Below, piece after piece: positions 22,296 to 32,295 of a stretch of DNA of 64,000 nucleotides. Where the stretch lies: positions 32,001-96,000 of the forward strand of contig CAWKBC010000034.1 in the NCBI GenBank assembly GCA_963847705.1, read 5' to 3'. Below the pieces are notes generated by a model that was not told where the DNA came from, ran no database searches, and saw only the letters and a program-made list of their open reading frames with translations. The translations under genes and the position numbers were made by a program. How positions within the stretch are numbered: the stretch's first letter is position 1; each line of letters opens with the position of its first letter. Source of the DNA: an uncultured Pseudomonadota bacterium. Lineage in GTDB: Bacteria; Myxococcota_A; Polyangia; Fen-1088.

Positions 22296-24725
22296 GTGCG
22301 TCTGGTCTCCTGGGCCGTGGCTTTTGCCGTCGGAGACGCGCTGGGAGCGAGCGGCGTGGCCGACTGGCGAGCCGCAGCCGCGGTCGCGCTCGTCGCCGTC
22401 GCCTCACTGGGCCTGCGGCGGGGCCGGGCGCTGGCCGGTCCGCTTCTGTTCCTCGCCCTGGGGGGCCTGCTCGGGGGCCGCGCGGCGCGGGTGCCGGCGC
22501 TCGCTCCCGCGCTCGCCGCAGCCGTCGATTCCGAGGAGCCGCGGGTGATCGAGGCGGTCGTCGTTCACGGCCCCGAGGAGACCGCGAACGGGACGCGCCT
22601 CATCGTGACGCTCGCCGCGCTCGACGGCGCGCCGGCCGAAGGGACGCTGGCCCTGTCGGTCGCCAGCGGTTGGCCCGACTTCGGCCCCGGCGAGACGATC
22701 GCCTGCCGGGCGAAGCTGCGGGCGCTGCGGGGGACGCGCAACCCCGGACTGCCCGATCCGGCGCTGGCGTTGCGGGCCGTCGGGATCGAGGTGCTCGCCG
22801 GCGTGCCGACCGCGGGGTCCATCCGCCGCCTGGCCGAGCCTGCGGGTCTCGGGCCGCGCCGCGCGGCGTACCTGGCGCGGCGGGCGCTGCGTGCGGCGAT
22901 CGATCGGGTGGTCGCGGGAGAAGCAGGCGCCTTTCTCAAGACCGCGGTGCTCGGCGATCGGCGCGGCGTCTCGCCCGACGTCGAGGAGGGGTTTCGCGCC
23001 GCGGGCGCCACCCACGTCCTCTCTGTCTCCGGGCTCCACCTGGCGGCGGTGGCCGCGCTCTTCTTTCTGCTGGTGCGCGGCCTGGCCGCGCGCGTGCCGG
23101 GGCTTCCTCTCTACGTCGACCCGCGGGCGATCGCCGCCGCAGCTTCGCTGCCGGCCATCGCGCTCTTCACCCTGCTGACCGGCGAGGCGGTGGCCACCGA
23201 GCGCTCGGCCCTGATGCTGGCGCTGGGGATGGGGGCGCTGCTGGTCGGGCGCACGGCGTCGGCGGGCCCCACCATCGCCGGCGCGGCGCTGGTCCTCCTC
23301 ATCGCACGACCGCTGCAGATCTTCGACGTCTCGCTGCAGCTGTCGGTGGCCTCGGTGGCGGGGATCGCCCTCTGCGCGCGGCGGCTCGGCCCCGGCGGGC
23401 GGCCCGGAGACTCGGTGGGACAGCGCGGCCTGCGCTGGCTCGGGCGTTTCGGGGCGGCGACGCTGGCCGCGACGGTCGCCACCGCGCCGCTCGGCGCGCA
23501 CGTCTTCGGCGAGATCGCGCCGCTGGCGCCCCTCGGCAACCTGGCGCTCGTCCCTCTGTGCGAGATGGTCGTCGTCCCGGTCGGCCTGGCGGGCGCCGCG
23601 GCGGCCGCGATCTGGGCGCCCCTCGGCCGGTGGCCGCTGGCGCTGGCGGCCGCCGCCGCGCGCCTGGCACTGGCGATCGCCGCAGGCTTCCGCGCGCACG
23701 CGCCCATCTGGGTCTGCCGCGCCCCGAACGTCTTCGAGACCTTCCTGCTGATCGCCGCCGGCGCACTGGCGCTCGTCGCCCCCACGGTGAGCGGCGGCGG
23801 TCGCCGACTGGCCATCGGGGCTGCGGTCGCCTGCGCGGTCGCCGCCTCCTCCAGTCTCGTCATCCGCGACCTCCGCCGGCGGTTCGCCGACACGCTGACC
23901 GTGACCTTCCTCGACGTCGGGCAGGGAGATTCCGCGGTCATCGAGGCGCCGGGGGGCGCGGTCATGCTGATCGACGGCGGCGGCACGCGCGACGGGCAGT
24001 TCGACACCGGTGCGCGCATCGTCGAACCGTTCTTGCGGGCGCGGGGAATCTCCCGCCTCGACGTGGTCGCGCTGTCCCACCCGCACCCGGATCATCTGAA
24101 CGGTCTGTTCCGAATTCTCCAGCGGTTTCCAGTCGGCGCGTTCTGGTCGAGCGGCGACGACGGGCGCAATCCCGACTACCGCCGCCTCATCGCGCTGGCC
24201 GAGGCGCGCGGCGTCCCCAGGCCCGAGATCACGCCGGCGGCGCTGGGCGGCGCCCGGGTCGAGCCGCTGGGGCCGTTCCTCGACGGACGGATCGCCGCCC
24301 CGCCGGGCCTCACGGTCAACGACGCGTCGTTGGTCCTGCGCGTCGCCTTCGCGGGACGGTCGGTGCTGTTCGCGGGCGATCTGGAGGCCGACGGAGAAGG
24401 GGAGCTCTGTGGCCAGCGGTCGCTCGGTCAGACGGTGAGGTCGGACGTGCTCAAGGTTCCGCACCACGGCAGCCGGACGTCGTCGAGCGACGAGCTGCTC
24501 GACGCCGTCGAGCCCGAGCTGGCGGTGATGTCGCTCGGCTGGCGCAACCAGTTCCACTTTCCCGCGCCGGAGGTCGTGGCCCGCTACGCGGCGCGCGGGG
24601 CACAGACGCTGCGGACGGACCGCGACGGAGCCGTGACGGTCACCGTCGCGCCGAGCGGTGCCCTGAACGTGACCTGCGAGCGCGGGTGCCCCACCACGCA
24701 ACCACCCCTGCCCGGCGACCGATGA
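22296..24725 (+). CDS. comEC: DNA internalization competence protein ComEC/Rec2
   Basis: HVLSVSGLH competence domain, LDVGQGD, HPHPDH metallo-beta-lactamase motif, KVPHHGS. Start uncertain. Confidence 0.92.
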   Translation: MRLVSWAVAFAVGDALGASGVADWRAAAAVALVAVASLGLRRGRALAGPLLFLALGGLLGGRAARVPALAPALAAAVDSEEPRVIEAVVVHGPEETANGTRLIVTLAALDGAPAEGTLALSVASGWPDFGPGETIACRAKLRALRGTRNPGLPDPALALRAVGIEVLAGVPTAGSIRRLAEPAGLGPRRAAYLARRALRAAIDRVVAGEAGAFLKTAVLGDRRGVSPDVEEGFRAAGATHVLSVSGLHLAAVAALFFLLVRGLAARVPGLPLYVDPRAIAAAASLPAIALFTLLTGEAVATERSALMLALGMGALLVGRTASAGPTIAGAALVLLIARPLQIFDVSLQLSVASVAGIALCARRLGPGGRPGDSVGQRGLRWLGRFGAATLAATVATAPLGAHVFGEIAPLAPLGNLALVPLCEMVVVPVGLAGAAAAAIWAPLGRWPLALAAAAARLALAIAAGFRAHAPIWVCRAPNVFETFLLIAAGALALVAPTVSGGGRRLAIGAAVACAVAASSSLVIRDLRRRFADTLTVTFLDVGQGDSAVIEAPGGAVMLIDGGGTRDGQFDTGARIVEPFLRARGISRLDVVALSHPHPDHLNGLFRILQRFPVGAFWSSGDDGRNPDYRRLIALAEARGVPRPEITPAALGGARVEPLGPFLDGRIAAPPGLTVNDASLVLRVAFAGRSVLFAGDLEADGEGELCGQRSLGQTVRSDVLKVPHHGSRTSSSDELLDAVEPELAVMSLGWRNQFHFPAPEVVARYAARGAQTLRTDRDGAVTVTVAPSGALNVTCERGCPTTQPPLPGDR

Positions 24726-24732
24726 GGGGTTC

Positions 24733-25827
24733 ATGAAATGCAGGACGCTTCGGGCGGGCCCTCGGTCCTTCGGCGTCGCCGTGGCGTTCATCGCCGTCGG
24801 GGCCGGTGGTGCGACCGCCGGTTGCGCAACCGCGCCTTCTCACCGGCACCCCCGGGCCGTGGCCCTGCAGGCCGCGGGGGTCGAAGCGCTCGGGCGCGGC
24901 GAGCTGGAGAGCGCCGCGGGACATTTCGCGCTGGCGCTGGAATACGACCCGGGCCTGGCCGAGGCGGAGAGCGGCCTCGGGTTGGTCGCGCTCCGGCGGG
25001 GCGACCTCCCCCGCGCCGAGGAGGATTTTCGCACCGCGCTGGCGCTCAACGAGGATCTGGCCGAGGCGCACGTCAACCTGGCCGACCTGCTGATGCGCCG
25101 CGCCGACGACGAGAGCGCGCTCGGCGAGGCGCGCGCCGCCCTGGCGATCGATCCGGGCTACGCCGATGCGCGCCTGCTGGCTGGCGAGCTGCTGTTGCGA
25201 CTCGGGCGCGCCAGCGACGCGCACTGGGAGCTGGAGAAGCTGTGCGCGGCCTATCCACGCCGCGCCGACGCGCACGCGGCGAACGCCCTGGTGCTCGTCC
25301 GTCTGGGCCGCCCTGTCGCCGCCGGGGAGCAGGCCGACCTCGCGCTGGCGATCGATCCCGATCTGCCGGCCGCGCACCGGGCGCGCGCCGAGATCCTCCG
25401 CCGGTCAGGCGAGCTCGAGGAGGCGACCCGTGAGATTGAGCTGGCCATCGCCGCCAACCCCGGCTCGGTCGAGGACCGCCTGGTCCGCGCCACCATCCTG
25501 GCGGCGCGGGGGCTCTGGGACGAGGCGGCGCGCGCGCTTGGCGATCTGGTGGCGGCGGCGCCGCGGAAACCAGAGGTCCGCTTCGTGATGGCCTTCGTCG
25601 CGCTCAACCGCGGTCAGGCCGAGGCGGCCGTGCGAGACGCCGACGATGCGCTGGCGCTCCGCGCGCACTATCCGGAGGCGCGTCTGATCCGTGCCGAAGC
25701 GCTGCTCCGATTGGCGCGCGCCAACGAGGCCCGCCGCGAGCTCGAGAGATTTCTCGACGAGGCACCGCCGACGATGGTGGCCGAGCGCGCGCAGGCCGCG
25801 CAGACCTTGGCCAGCGTTCCGAGATAG
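24733..25827 (+). CDS. Tetratricopeptide repeat lipoprotein
   Basis: Signal ending TAGC; repeated AL..DP..A.A TPR pattern. Confidence 0.8.
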   Translation: MKCRTLRAGPRSFGVAVAFIAVGAGGATAGCATAPSHRHPRAVALQAAGVEALGRGELESAAGHFALALEYDPGLAEAESGLGLVALRRGDLPRAEEDFRTALALNEDLAEAHVNLADLLMRRADDESALGEARAALAIDPGYADARLLAGELLLRLGRASDAHWELEKLCAAYPRRADAHAANALVLVRLGRPVAAGEQADLALAIDPDLPAAHRARAEILRRSGELEEATREIELAIAANPGSVEDRLVRATILAARGLWDEAARALGDLVAAAPRKPEVRFVMAFVALNRGQAEAAVRDADDALALRAHYPEARLIRAEALLRLARANEARRELERFLDEAPPTMVAERAQAAQTLASVPR

Positions 25828-25838
25828 AGTCAGCGCCG

Positions 25839-26858
25839 ATGCCGCTGCGGCTGCGCATGCTTCCCGCCCCTTCTCCCGGCGCCAGCCCTGGCCAGCCCGC
25901 CGGGCCGACGGAGGAGCGGGCCATCGAGCTCGGCGACGACACGAACGAGGTTCGGATCGGGCGCCGGCCCGACCTGGAGCTTCCGCTCCCCTACCCGGCG
26001 CTGTCCGGGCTTCACGCGCAGCTGGTGCGCGTCGATGGCCGCTGGCAGATCGAGGACCTCGGCAGCACCAACGGGACGCGCGTCGACGGCGAACGGCTGG
26101 CGCCCCGTCAACCACGCCCGATCGCCCCCGGCGCGCAGATCAAGCTCGGTCAGATCACCCTGGTCTTCGATGGCACCGTCGGAGCCGTCGCAGGCGCCGA
26201 ACGGACCGCGACCATCGCGCGCCGGCTGGTGAGCGATCTGTTCGCCGCCTCGTCCGACATGGCCGTGCCCAGCTTGGCCGTCGTCGGGGGAGTCCCGGCG
26301 AAGCCGCCCCTGCGGCTCGAGGCGGCCGAGCGCCGCTACGTCGCGGGGCGGGGCGAGACCTGCGATCTGCAGCTCCTCTCGGAGGAGATCTCGCGCGAGC
26401 ACGCGGAGATCATCCGGCTGTGGGACGGCGTCGTCGTCAACGACCTCGGCTCCAAGAACGGCGTGCGGGTGAACGACGTCGTGGTCAGCGGGCGGCGCCA
26501 GCTGCGCGACGGGGACCTCATTCAGATCGGTCCCGCCACGCTCCGGCTGTCGGACCCGGCCGATCGTTATCTGCGAGATTTCGAGGCGCGGGCACCACGG
26601 GTGCCACCGACGGAGGATGAGGCGGTCCGGCCTCCCGACGCGGCGGCGGCGGCGGCCGCCCAGCCGTCGGAGGTGGCGACCAGCGCGCCGCCGCGTCCCC
26701 TCGCACCTTCGACACCGGCGGCGCCGTCGGTGACCCAACGATCGACCGACTCGACGCGGAAGCAGCGCGCCCGCAGCTCGCGGACCGCGATCGCCGTGGC
26801 CGCCATCGTGCTGATCGCCATCGGCGCCGCGATCGTGGCCTTGGCCTTCGGCGGCTGA
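25839..26858 (+). CDS. Double FHA domain protein with C-terminal membrane anchor
   Basis: Two GR...S..HA...DLGS.NG motifs, Pro/Ala linker, C-terminal TM helix. Confidence 0.9.
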   Translation: MPLRLRMLPAPSPGASPGQPAGPTEERAIELGDDTNEVRIGRRPDLELPLPYPALSGLHAQLVRVDGRWQIEDLGSTNGTRVDGERLAPRQPRPIAPGAQIKLGQITLVFDGTVGAVAGAERTATIARRLVSDLFAASSDMAVPSLAVVGGVPAKPPLRLEAAERRYVAGRGETCDLQLLSEEISREHAEIIRLWDGVVVNDLGSKNGVRVNDVVVSGRRQLRDGDLIQIGPATLRLSDPADRYLRDFEARAPRVPPTEDEAVRPPDAAAAAAAQPSEVATSAPPRPLAPSTPAAPSVTQRSTDSTRKQRARSSRTAIAVAAIVLIAIGAAIVALAFGG

Positions 26859-26889
26859 AGCCCCTCGAACCGCCAGAGCCAGCGGTGTC

Positions 26890-28485
26890 TCAACGGTTCT
26901 TGCGGGCCTTCTTGCGCGCCTTGCGGGCGTCCTTGCGCTTCTTCTTCTCTTTGACGCGATCGACGTTCCGCTTGGGCGCCTGGAAGTTGCCGCGCTCCGC
27001 CGACGGGGTCTGCATCATGTTCGCCAGCTGGTTCATGTCCATCCCCATCATCTTCTTGGCCTGCGCGATCTGCTTGAAGCCGGGGATCTTGCCGAGCAGC
27101 CCGGTCGACTGTCCGATCTGCATCATCATCTGGCGCATCATCCCGAAGCGGTTCAGCAGATCGGCGACCTCCTGCTCCTTGTGCCCCGAGCCCTGCGCCA
27201 CGCGCTTGAGGCGGCCGGTGTCGTAGAACGCGCTCCGCTTCTTCTTGCGCTTGCCGTTGTCGACGATCTCTTCCCAGCTGGTGACGATGAAACGCTCGGG
27301 ATGCCGGCGCTCGTCGCCGGTCATCGAGGAGATCATGGACCCGATGCGCACCAGCTCCCGGTCATCGACCTGGGCGCCCTCCGGGATGGCGTCGGCGATG
27401 CCGGGGATCTTGTCCATCATGTCCTTGAGCGGACCCATCTTCTTGAGGACGCCGATCTGCTCGAGGAAGTCGTTCATGTCGAACTTCCCCTTGAGCATGC
27501 GCATCGCGTCCTGCTCGGCCTTCTCCTCGTCGACCACCTCCTCGAACTGCTGGACCAGGCCGACCACGTCGCCGCGCCCCAGGATGCGGCTGGCCATGCC
27601 GTCGGGGCGGAACTCTTCCAGCCGATCGGACGACTCGCCCATCCCGACGAACTTGATCGGCTTGCCGGTGACCGCCTTCACCGACAGCGCGGCGCCGCCC
27701 CGGGCGTCGCCGTCGAGCTTGGTGAGGATCACCCCGTCGATGTTGAGGCGATCGTTGAACGCCTTGGCCGTGCCGACCGCGTCCTGACCGATCATCGCGT
27801 CGACGATCAGCAGGATGTTGCCGGGGTGGACCCGCCGAACGATGTCGGACAGCTCCTGCATGAGCGGCTCGTCGATGGCCAACCGGCCCGCGGTGTCGAA
27901 CAGGATGACGTCCCGCCCGGTCTCGGAGGCCACCTTCAGGGCCCGCTCGCAGATCTCCGGCGGCTTGCCCCCCACCTCCGAATAGACCGGGATCCCCAGC
28001 TTTTCGCCGATGATCTTCAGCTGGTCGATCGCGGCCGGGCGGTAGACGTCGGCCGCCACCAGCAGCGGACGCTTGTGCTGCTTCTCGAGGTAGCGGGCCA
28101 GCTTGCCCACGGTGGTCGTCTTGCCCGATCCCTGCAGGCCGACCAGCATGATCCCGGTCGGGCCCTTCTTGGCGAACTTGATGCTGGTGTCGACCGGCCC
28201 CATCAGGTCGACGAGCTCGTCATGACAGAGCTTGACGAAGTGGTCCTCCGGACTGACCCGGCGGACCTTCTCCTTCGTCGAGGCCTTCACCTTGACGATG
28301 ACGCCGACGGCCTTCTCTTTGACCCGCTTGCAAAAATCCTGGACCACGTCGAAGCCGACGTCGGCCTCGAGCAGCGCCGTGCGGACGTCCTTGAGCGCCT
28401 CGTCGACGGTCGCCTCGTCCAGCTCTGCCAGCCCCTGAAAGCGCTGCTTCGCGCTGCGGAATCCCTTGGTGAGCGTCTCGAACAT
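26890..28485 (-). CDS. ffh: Signal recognition particle protein Ffh
   Basis: ALLEADV, GLQGSGKTT, DTAGR, TKLDGDARGGAALS, Met-rich M domain. Confidence 0.97.
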   Translation of the reverse strand: MFETLTKGFRSAKQRFQGLAELDEATVDEALKDVRTALLEADVGFDVVQDFCKRVKEKAVGVIVKVKASTKEKVRRVSPEDHFVKLCHDELVDLMGPVDTSIKFAKKGPTGIMLVGLQGSGKTTTVGKLARYLEKQHKRPLLVAADVYRPAAIDQLKIIGEKLGIPVYSEVGGKPPEICERALKVASETGRDVILFDTAGRLAIDEPLMQELSDIVRRVHPGNILLIVDAMIGQDAVGTAKAFNDRLNIDGVILTKLDGDARGGAALSVKAVTGKPIKFVGMGESSDRLEEFRPDGMASRILGRGDVVGLVQQFEEVVDEEKAEQDAMRMLKGKFDMNDFLEQIGVLKKMGPLKDMMDKIPGIADAIPEGAQVDDRELVRIGSMISSMTGDERRHPERFIVTSWEEIVDNGKRKKKRSAFYDTGRLKRVAQGSGHKEQEVADLLNRFGMMRQMMMQIGQSTGLLGKIPGFKQIAQAKKMMGMDMNQLANMMQTPSAERGNFQAPKRNVDRVKEKKKRKDARKARKKARKNR

Positions 28486-28525
28486 GGGCGCGCAATCTAG
28501 CACGGCGCCCCCGCAGGGTGCGGCG

Positions 28526-29617
28526 CTAGCCCGGCGGCTTGGTTCGGCGCTCAGTCCACCAGGACTGCCAGCGGGCGCGGGCCGCCTCGCGGGCGCCCCG
28601 GGGGAGATCGAAGGCGTAGCCGAAGTACTCGCCGGTGAGGACGCGCAGCTCCTGCTCGGCGGCCTCCCGGATCTCGGCGGTCTTGTGGGAGAGCCCCTCG
28701 AACAGCCAATCGATCCGCTCGTCGTCCTCGTGCTGCCTCCACCAGGCGGCCCAGCGCTTGGGTTTGGGCCCGAAGTCCTGCTTGGTGATCGCCACCAGCT
28801 CGGCGTGCGCGGCCTCGACATCGTCCCCCTCCTCGAGACGTTCGATGAGGCCGGGGACCTCGCGCTTGTCGCGTGACGCCGGCGGCGACGACAGGGTCGA
28901 CAACGGGGTCGACGACGGGGTCGACGACGGCTCCCGCGGTGGGGCTCGAAGCGGACTGGGAGCCGCCTGCGCCGCCGGCGCAGGGGCGGCGACTGGCGCC
29001 GGCGCAGGGGGGCGCGCCTCGGAGACCGGCGGGGGAAGCCGGGGCGGGGGGATCTCGACGGGGGGCTCGGGCGGGGTCGGCGGCGGAACGGGCGTGTGCG
29101 CCGCTTGCCAGCGCCGCACCGGCTCGGCTCCCACCACCCGGGCGAAGAGGCGCACCAGCCGGGGCTCCATCGGTCGCCCGTAGATCGCCTGCTGAACGGC
29201 GGCGATCCGAATCTCCGGCGCGACGAAGAGCGCGAACGGGATGGCCAGCGCGCGCGTCGCCGCCTCGATCTCGACGCGGGCCACCGGCTCGCCGCACAAG
29301 ATCTGCACCGCGCCCTCCTTGAGCCCCACCGGCACCGCCCGGCAACGCGCCGACCAGTCTGCGTCGAGGTCGAGCGCGTCCGAGCCGTCGGGCTTCACCA
29401 GCTTTTGGGGCGCCTCGCAGAGCGTGCGATCCGGGATCCCCAGCTCGGTCGCCGCCGCGAGCTCGCCCCAGAGCGTCCCCTCGGCGATGGCTTCCAGCTC
29501 CAGCAGCGCCGTGTCGAGCGCGCCGCCGTAGACCGCCTGACGTGCGACCGCCGCGCGCACAGCGGCCAGCGGGACCAGTCCCGTGGCGAGCAATCGATCC
29601 GAAAGGCGCGACGCCAT
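28526..29617 (-). CDS. FrgA-like protein: degenerate MshEN/T2SSE_N N-terminus, Pro-rich linker, HEAT-like C-terminus
   Basis: RLSDRLLATGLV...ARQAVYGGALDTALLEL and CRAVPVG resemble T2SSE_N; C-terminal W..WW repeats. Confidence 0.6.
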   Translation of the reverse strand: MASRLSDRLLATGLVPLAAVRAAVARQAVYGGALDTALLELEAIAEGTLWGELAAATELGIPDRTLCEAPQKLVKPDGSDALDLDADWSARCRAVPVGLKEGAVQILCGEPVARVEIEAATRALAIPFALFVAPEIRIAAVQQAIYGRPMEPRLVRLFARVVGAEPVRRWQAAHTPVPPPTPPEPPVEIPPPRLPPPVSEARPPAPAPVAAPAPAAQAAPSPLRAPPREPSSTPSSTPLSTLSSPPASRDKREVPGLIERLEEGDDVEAAHAELVAITKQDFGPKPKRWAAWWRQHEDDERIDWLFEGLSHKTAEIREAAEQELRVLTGEYFGYAFDLPRGAREAARARWQSWWTERRTKPPG

Positions 29618-29639
29618 GTCGTCCTCCCGCGCTCGCCGG

Positions 29640-30257
29640 CTAGTCCTCGTCGACGATCACGTACGTGCCGGCCAGGTGATCGTGGAGCGCGCGGTGCTCG
29701 CGATCGAACAGCGCCCACAGCCAACCGAGCGCCGCCGGTCCCACGCTGGGCGCCAGGGCCAACAGCCGAAGGAGCCCGCGCGCGGGCCCGGGCGGACGGC
29801 CGCGCCGGTCGATCAGGCGAATGCCGACGAGCCGCATGCCCAGCGTCTGTCCCGCCATCCCCGCAAAGTAGAGCTGGTAAAGACCGGCCATGCCAAGCAG
29901 AAGGCCGATGGCGCCGACCGCCATCGGGTTGCGATCGAGGATGCCGGCCACCAGCAGGTCGGGGCCGATCTCGCGCAGCCCCGGCATCGGCACGTGCAGC
30001 CCCAGGGCCACCGCCGCCGTGACGGCCAGGGTGAAGGCGAACAGCAGCACCAGATCGCACAGGGCGGCGAAGGCGCGCCGCGGGAACCCGGTCACCCGCA
30101 CGCGCAGCACGCGCTCCTCGTGCGGGCGTGACGGCGACGGATTCGGCTCTGTGGCGGGCATCATGGCGGCGAACGCGGTCACGACCCCATTGTGCGGAGC
30201 CGTTTGCGCGCCAGCAAGTTTAACGCCTGCAAGTTTACGTCTGGCGGCCCGCTTCAA
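29640..30257 (-). CDS. RDD family membrane protein
   Basis: RRAFAALCD, GQTLGMRLVGIR, RALHDHLAGTYV. Start is either TTG 30257 (overlapping the rsmE stop) or ATG 30164. Confidence 0.85.
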   Translation of the reverse strand: MKRAARRKLAGVKLAGAQTAPHNGVVTAFAAMMPATEPNPSPSRPHEERVLRVRVTGFPRRAFAALCDLVLLFAFTLAVTAAVALGLHVPMPGLREIGPDLLVAGILDRNPMAVGAIGLLLGMAGLYQLYFAGMAGQTLGMRLVGIRLIDRRGRPPGPARGLLRLLALAPSVGPAALGWLWALFDREHRALHDHLAGTYVIVDED

Positions 30258-30994
30258 TCCAACATGCCGTACGCGCCCGCCACCAGCGCGACAGCCACGA
30301 TCGCCGCGGTCTCGACGCGCAGGATCCTGTCACCGAGCCCGACCGCTTCGAACCTGGCGGCCTGAGCCACCGCCAGCTCGGCCGGTGCGAATCCTCCTTC
30401 GGGCCCGACCAGCAGTGCGGTGGCGGCCGGTTCAGCTCCTGCGAGGGCCGCCCGCAACGAGCGGGTGCGCTCACCCTCGAACAGAGCCAGCCGCCGTGCG
30501 GGAAGCTCGGGACCGGCCAGCGCCTCCGCCAACCGGACGGGCGGGTCGACGATCGGGAGGTCAGCCCGACCGCACTGGCGGGCCGCCTCTCGGGCGATCT
30601 TCTCCCAGCGGGCCCGCTTGCCGTCGGCCCCTTCGGCGTCGGGCCGGACCACCGAGCGCTCGGTGACCACCGGAACGATCCGCGCCACGCCCAGCTCGGA
30701 GGTCTTCTGCACCAGGAAGTCCATCCGTGGACCGCGCGGGATCGCGCAGAGGAGCGTCAGCGACGCCGCCGGACCAGCCACCAGGCGGCGCGCGCCCAGC
30801 GCCAGCTCGGTCTCCCCGCGCTCCACCCGGATGACCTCCGCCTCCACCTCACCGCCGGCGCCGTCGAACAGCGTCAGCGTGTCGCCCGGGCGGGCCCGCA
30901 GGACGAGGCCGATGTGGCGATGCTCGGGTCCGGTCAACGTCAGCCGAGGTCCGCCCAGCTGCGCGCCGGGGACGAACAGGCGCCGCTCGCTCAT
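30254..30994 (-). CDS. rsmE: 16S rRNA m3U1498 methyltransferase
   Basis: H...VLR, QKTSELGV, EAARQCGR, VGPEGGF, LGDRILRVETA. Confidence 0.95.
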   Translation of the reverse strand: MSERRLFVPGAQLGGPRLTLTGPEHRHIGLVLRARPGDTLTLFDGAGGEVEAEVIRVERGETELALGARRLVAGPAASLTLLCAIPRGPRMDFLVQKTSELGVARIVPVVTERSVVRPDAEGADGKRARWEKIAREAARQCGRADLPIVDPPVRLAEALAGPELPARRLALFEGERTRSLRAALAGAEPAATALLVGPEGGFAPAELAVAQAARFEAVGLGDRILRVETAAIVAVALVAGAYGMLD

Positions 30995-31893
30995 GACGGG
31001 CGGAGACGCAGCGCGGCCCACTCGTCTTCGTCGCGACGGGCCTCGAGCGTGAAGCCCGCGGCGCTGAACGCGCGCAGAACGACGTCGGCCTGGTCGGCCA
31101 GGATGCCGGAGAGGATCACGGTCCCCCCGGGCGCCACGCGCGCCGGAAAGTCAGCGGCCAGCGCCGCCAGGACGCCCGCCTCGATGTTGGCCAGCACCAG
31201 ATCGCTGGCGCCCGAAACCCCGTCGAGGCTCCCTGCCCGCGTGGTCACCGTGGTGACCCCGTTGAGCGCCAGGTTCTCGTCGGTGGTCGCCACCGACTCC
31301 GGATCGACGTCGACCGCCAGCCCGCGCGCGGACGGCCAGAGCCGCACGGCCGCGATCGACAAGATCCCCGAGCCGCACCCGAGATCGAGAAAGGCCTCCA
31401 CCGGCCGGTCGGCGATCTCCTCGCTGAGCGCGATCACCAGGCGCGTGGTCGCATGCCCGCCGGTGCCGAACGCCCGTCCCGGATCGAGATCGATCACCCG
31501 ATCGCCCTTGGCCGCCGGCTTCAGATCCCAGCTCGGCCGAATCAGGAACGTCCGCCCGACGCGCGTCGCCCGGAAGTACTGCTTCCAGACGTCCCGCCAC
31601 TCGTCTTCGTGGGCCTCGCGCCGGCGCACCGACAGCGGGTCGACCGAGACACCGGCCTCTTTCATGCGCGCCGCCGCGGCCTCGATCTCGGCCAGAACGG
31701 CGGCCTCCAGCTCGGGCGCGCACTGGGCCACCAGCACGGCGCGCCCCGCCCCGGCCCGAATGATCGTCTGCGCGTCGCGGATCTCGACGCCGCCGGTCAG
31801 CTCGCCGACGGCGTCCGCCATCACCTCGGCTGCCGCGAAGGGCAGCTCGAGCACGATTTCGATCCAGAGGGGGTCGGCCCCCACGGGGGTCAA
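30991..31893 (-). CDS. prmA: Ribosomal protein L11 methyltransferase
   Basis: W...WKQYF, LDPGRAFGTGGHATT, DLGCGSGILSI, ANI, LSGIL. Confidence 0.93.
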   Translation of the reverse strand: MTPVGADPLWIEIVLELPFAAAEVMADAVGELTGGVEIRDAQTIIRAGAGRAVLVAQCAPELEAAVLAEIEAAAARMKEAGVSVDPLSVRRREAHEDEWRDVWKQYFRATRVGRTFLIRPSWDLKPAAKGDRVIDLDPGRAFGTGGHATTRLVIALSEEIADRPVEAFLDLGCGSGILSIAAVRLWPSARGLAVDVDPESVATTDENLALNGVTTVTTRAGSLDGVSGASDLVLANIEAGVLAALAADFPARVAPGGTVILSGILADQADVVLRAFSAAGFTLEARRDEDEWAALRLRPS

Positions 31894-32105
31894 CGCGGTA
31901 CGCGGCGCTTGGCTTCGCGGCGCCGGCGCTTCCGGGCCTCGCGCATCTTGCGTTTCTTTTTGACCGACGGCTTCTCGTAGTAACGGCGCCGCTTGATCTC
32001 CTGCAGGATCCCCTCTTTGGACATCTTCTGCTTCAGGATCTTGAGCGCTTTATCTACAGAATCGCGAACTTCGACCTCGAGCGGTCGTCCGAGCAGTGTC
32101 TCCAA
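31890..32105 (-). CDS. rpsU: 30S ribosomal protein S21
   Basis: VDKALKILK..MSKEGILQEIKRRRYYEKPS. TTG start preceded by AAAGGAG. Confidence 0.93.
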   Translation of the reverse strand: METLLGRPLEVEVRDSVDKALKILKQKMSKEGILQEIKRRRYYEKPSVKKKRKMREARKRRRREAKRRVPR

Positions 32106-32295
32106 GCGTGGGCTCCTTTGAGGAGGGGGCATTTGACACGCCCAAAGGGGCGCAGTCAAGGCGCTTCGGCCCTCTAAAGGAGTCTTTGCACAAGACGCAT
32201 GATCGGGGTATGTAACGCTGAACTTTCGGAATATTCCGTAGGTTTTCCTCCGGGAAGACCTTTCGGGATTCCTCGACCAAAAAGGAGCGATCAGA

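Noticed and set aside
28885-28930. 12-bp repeat GGGGTCGACGAC and other short repeats (about 8920-8962 and 35880-35990)
   Set aside because: In-frame coding repeats within Pro/Ser-rich linkers.
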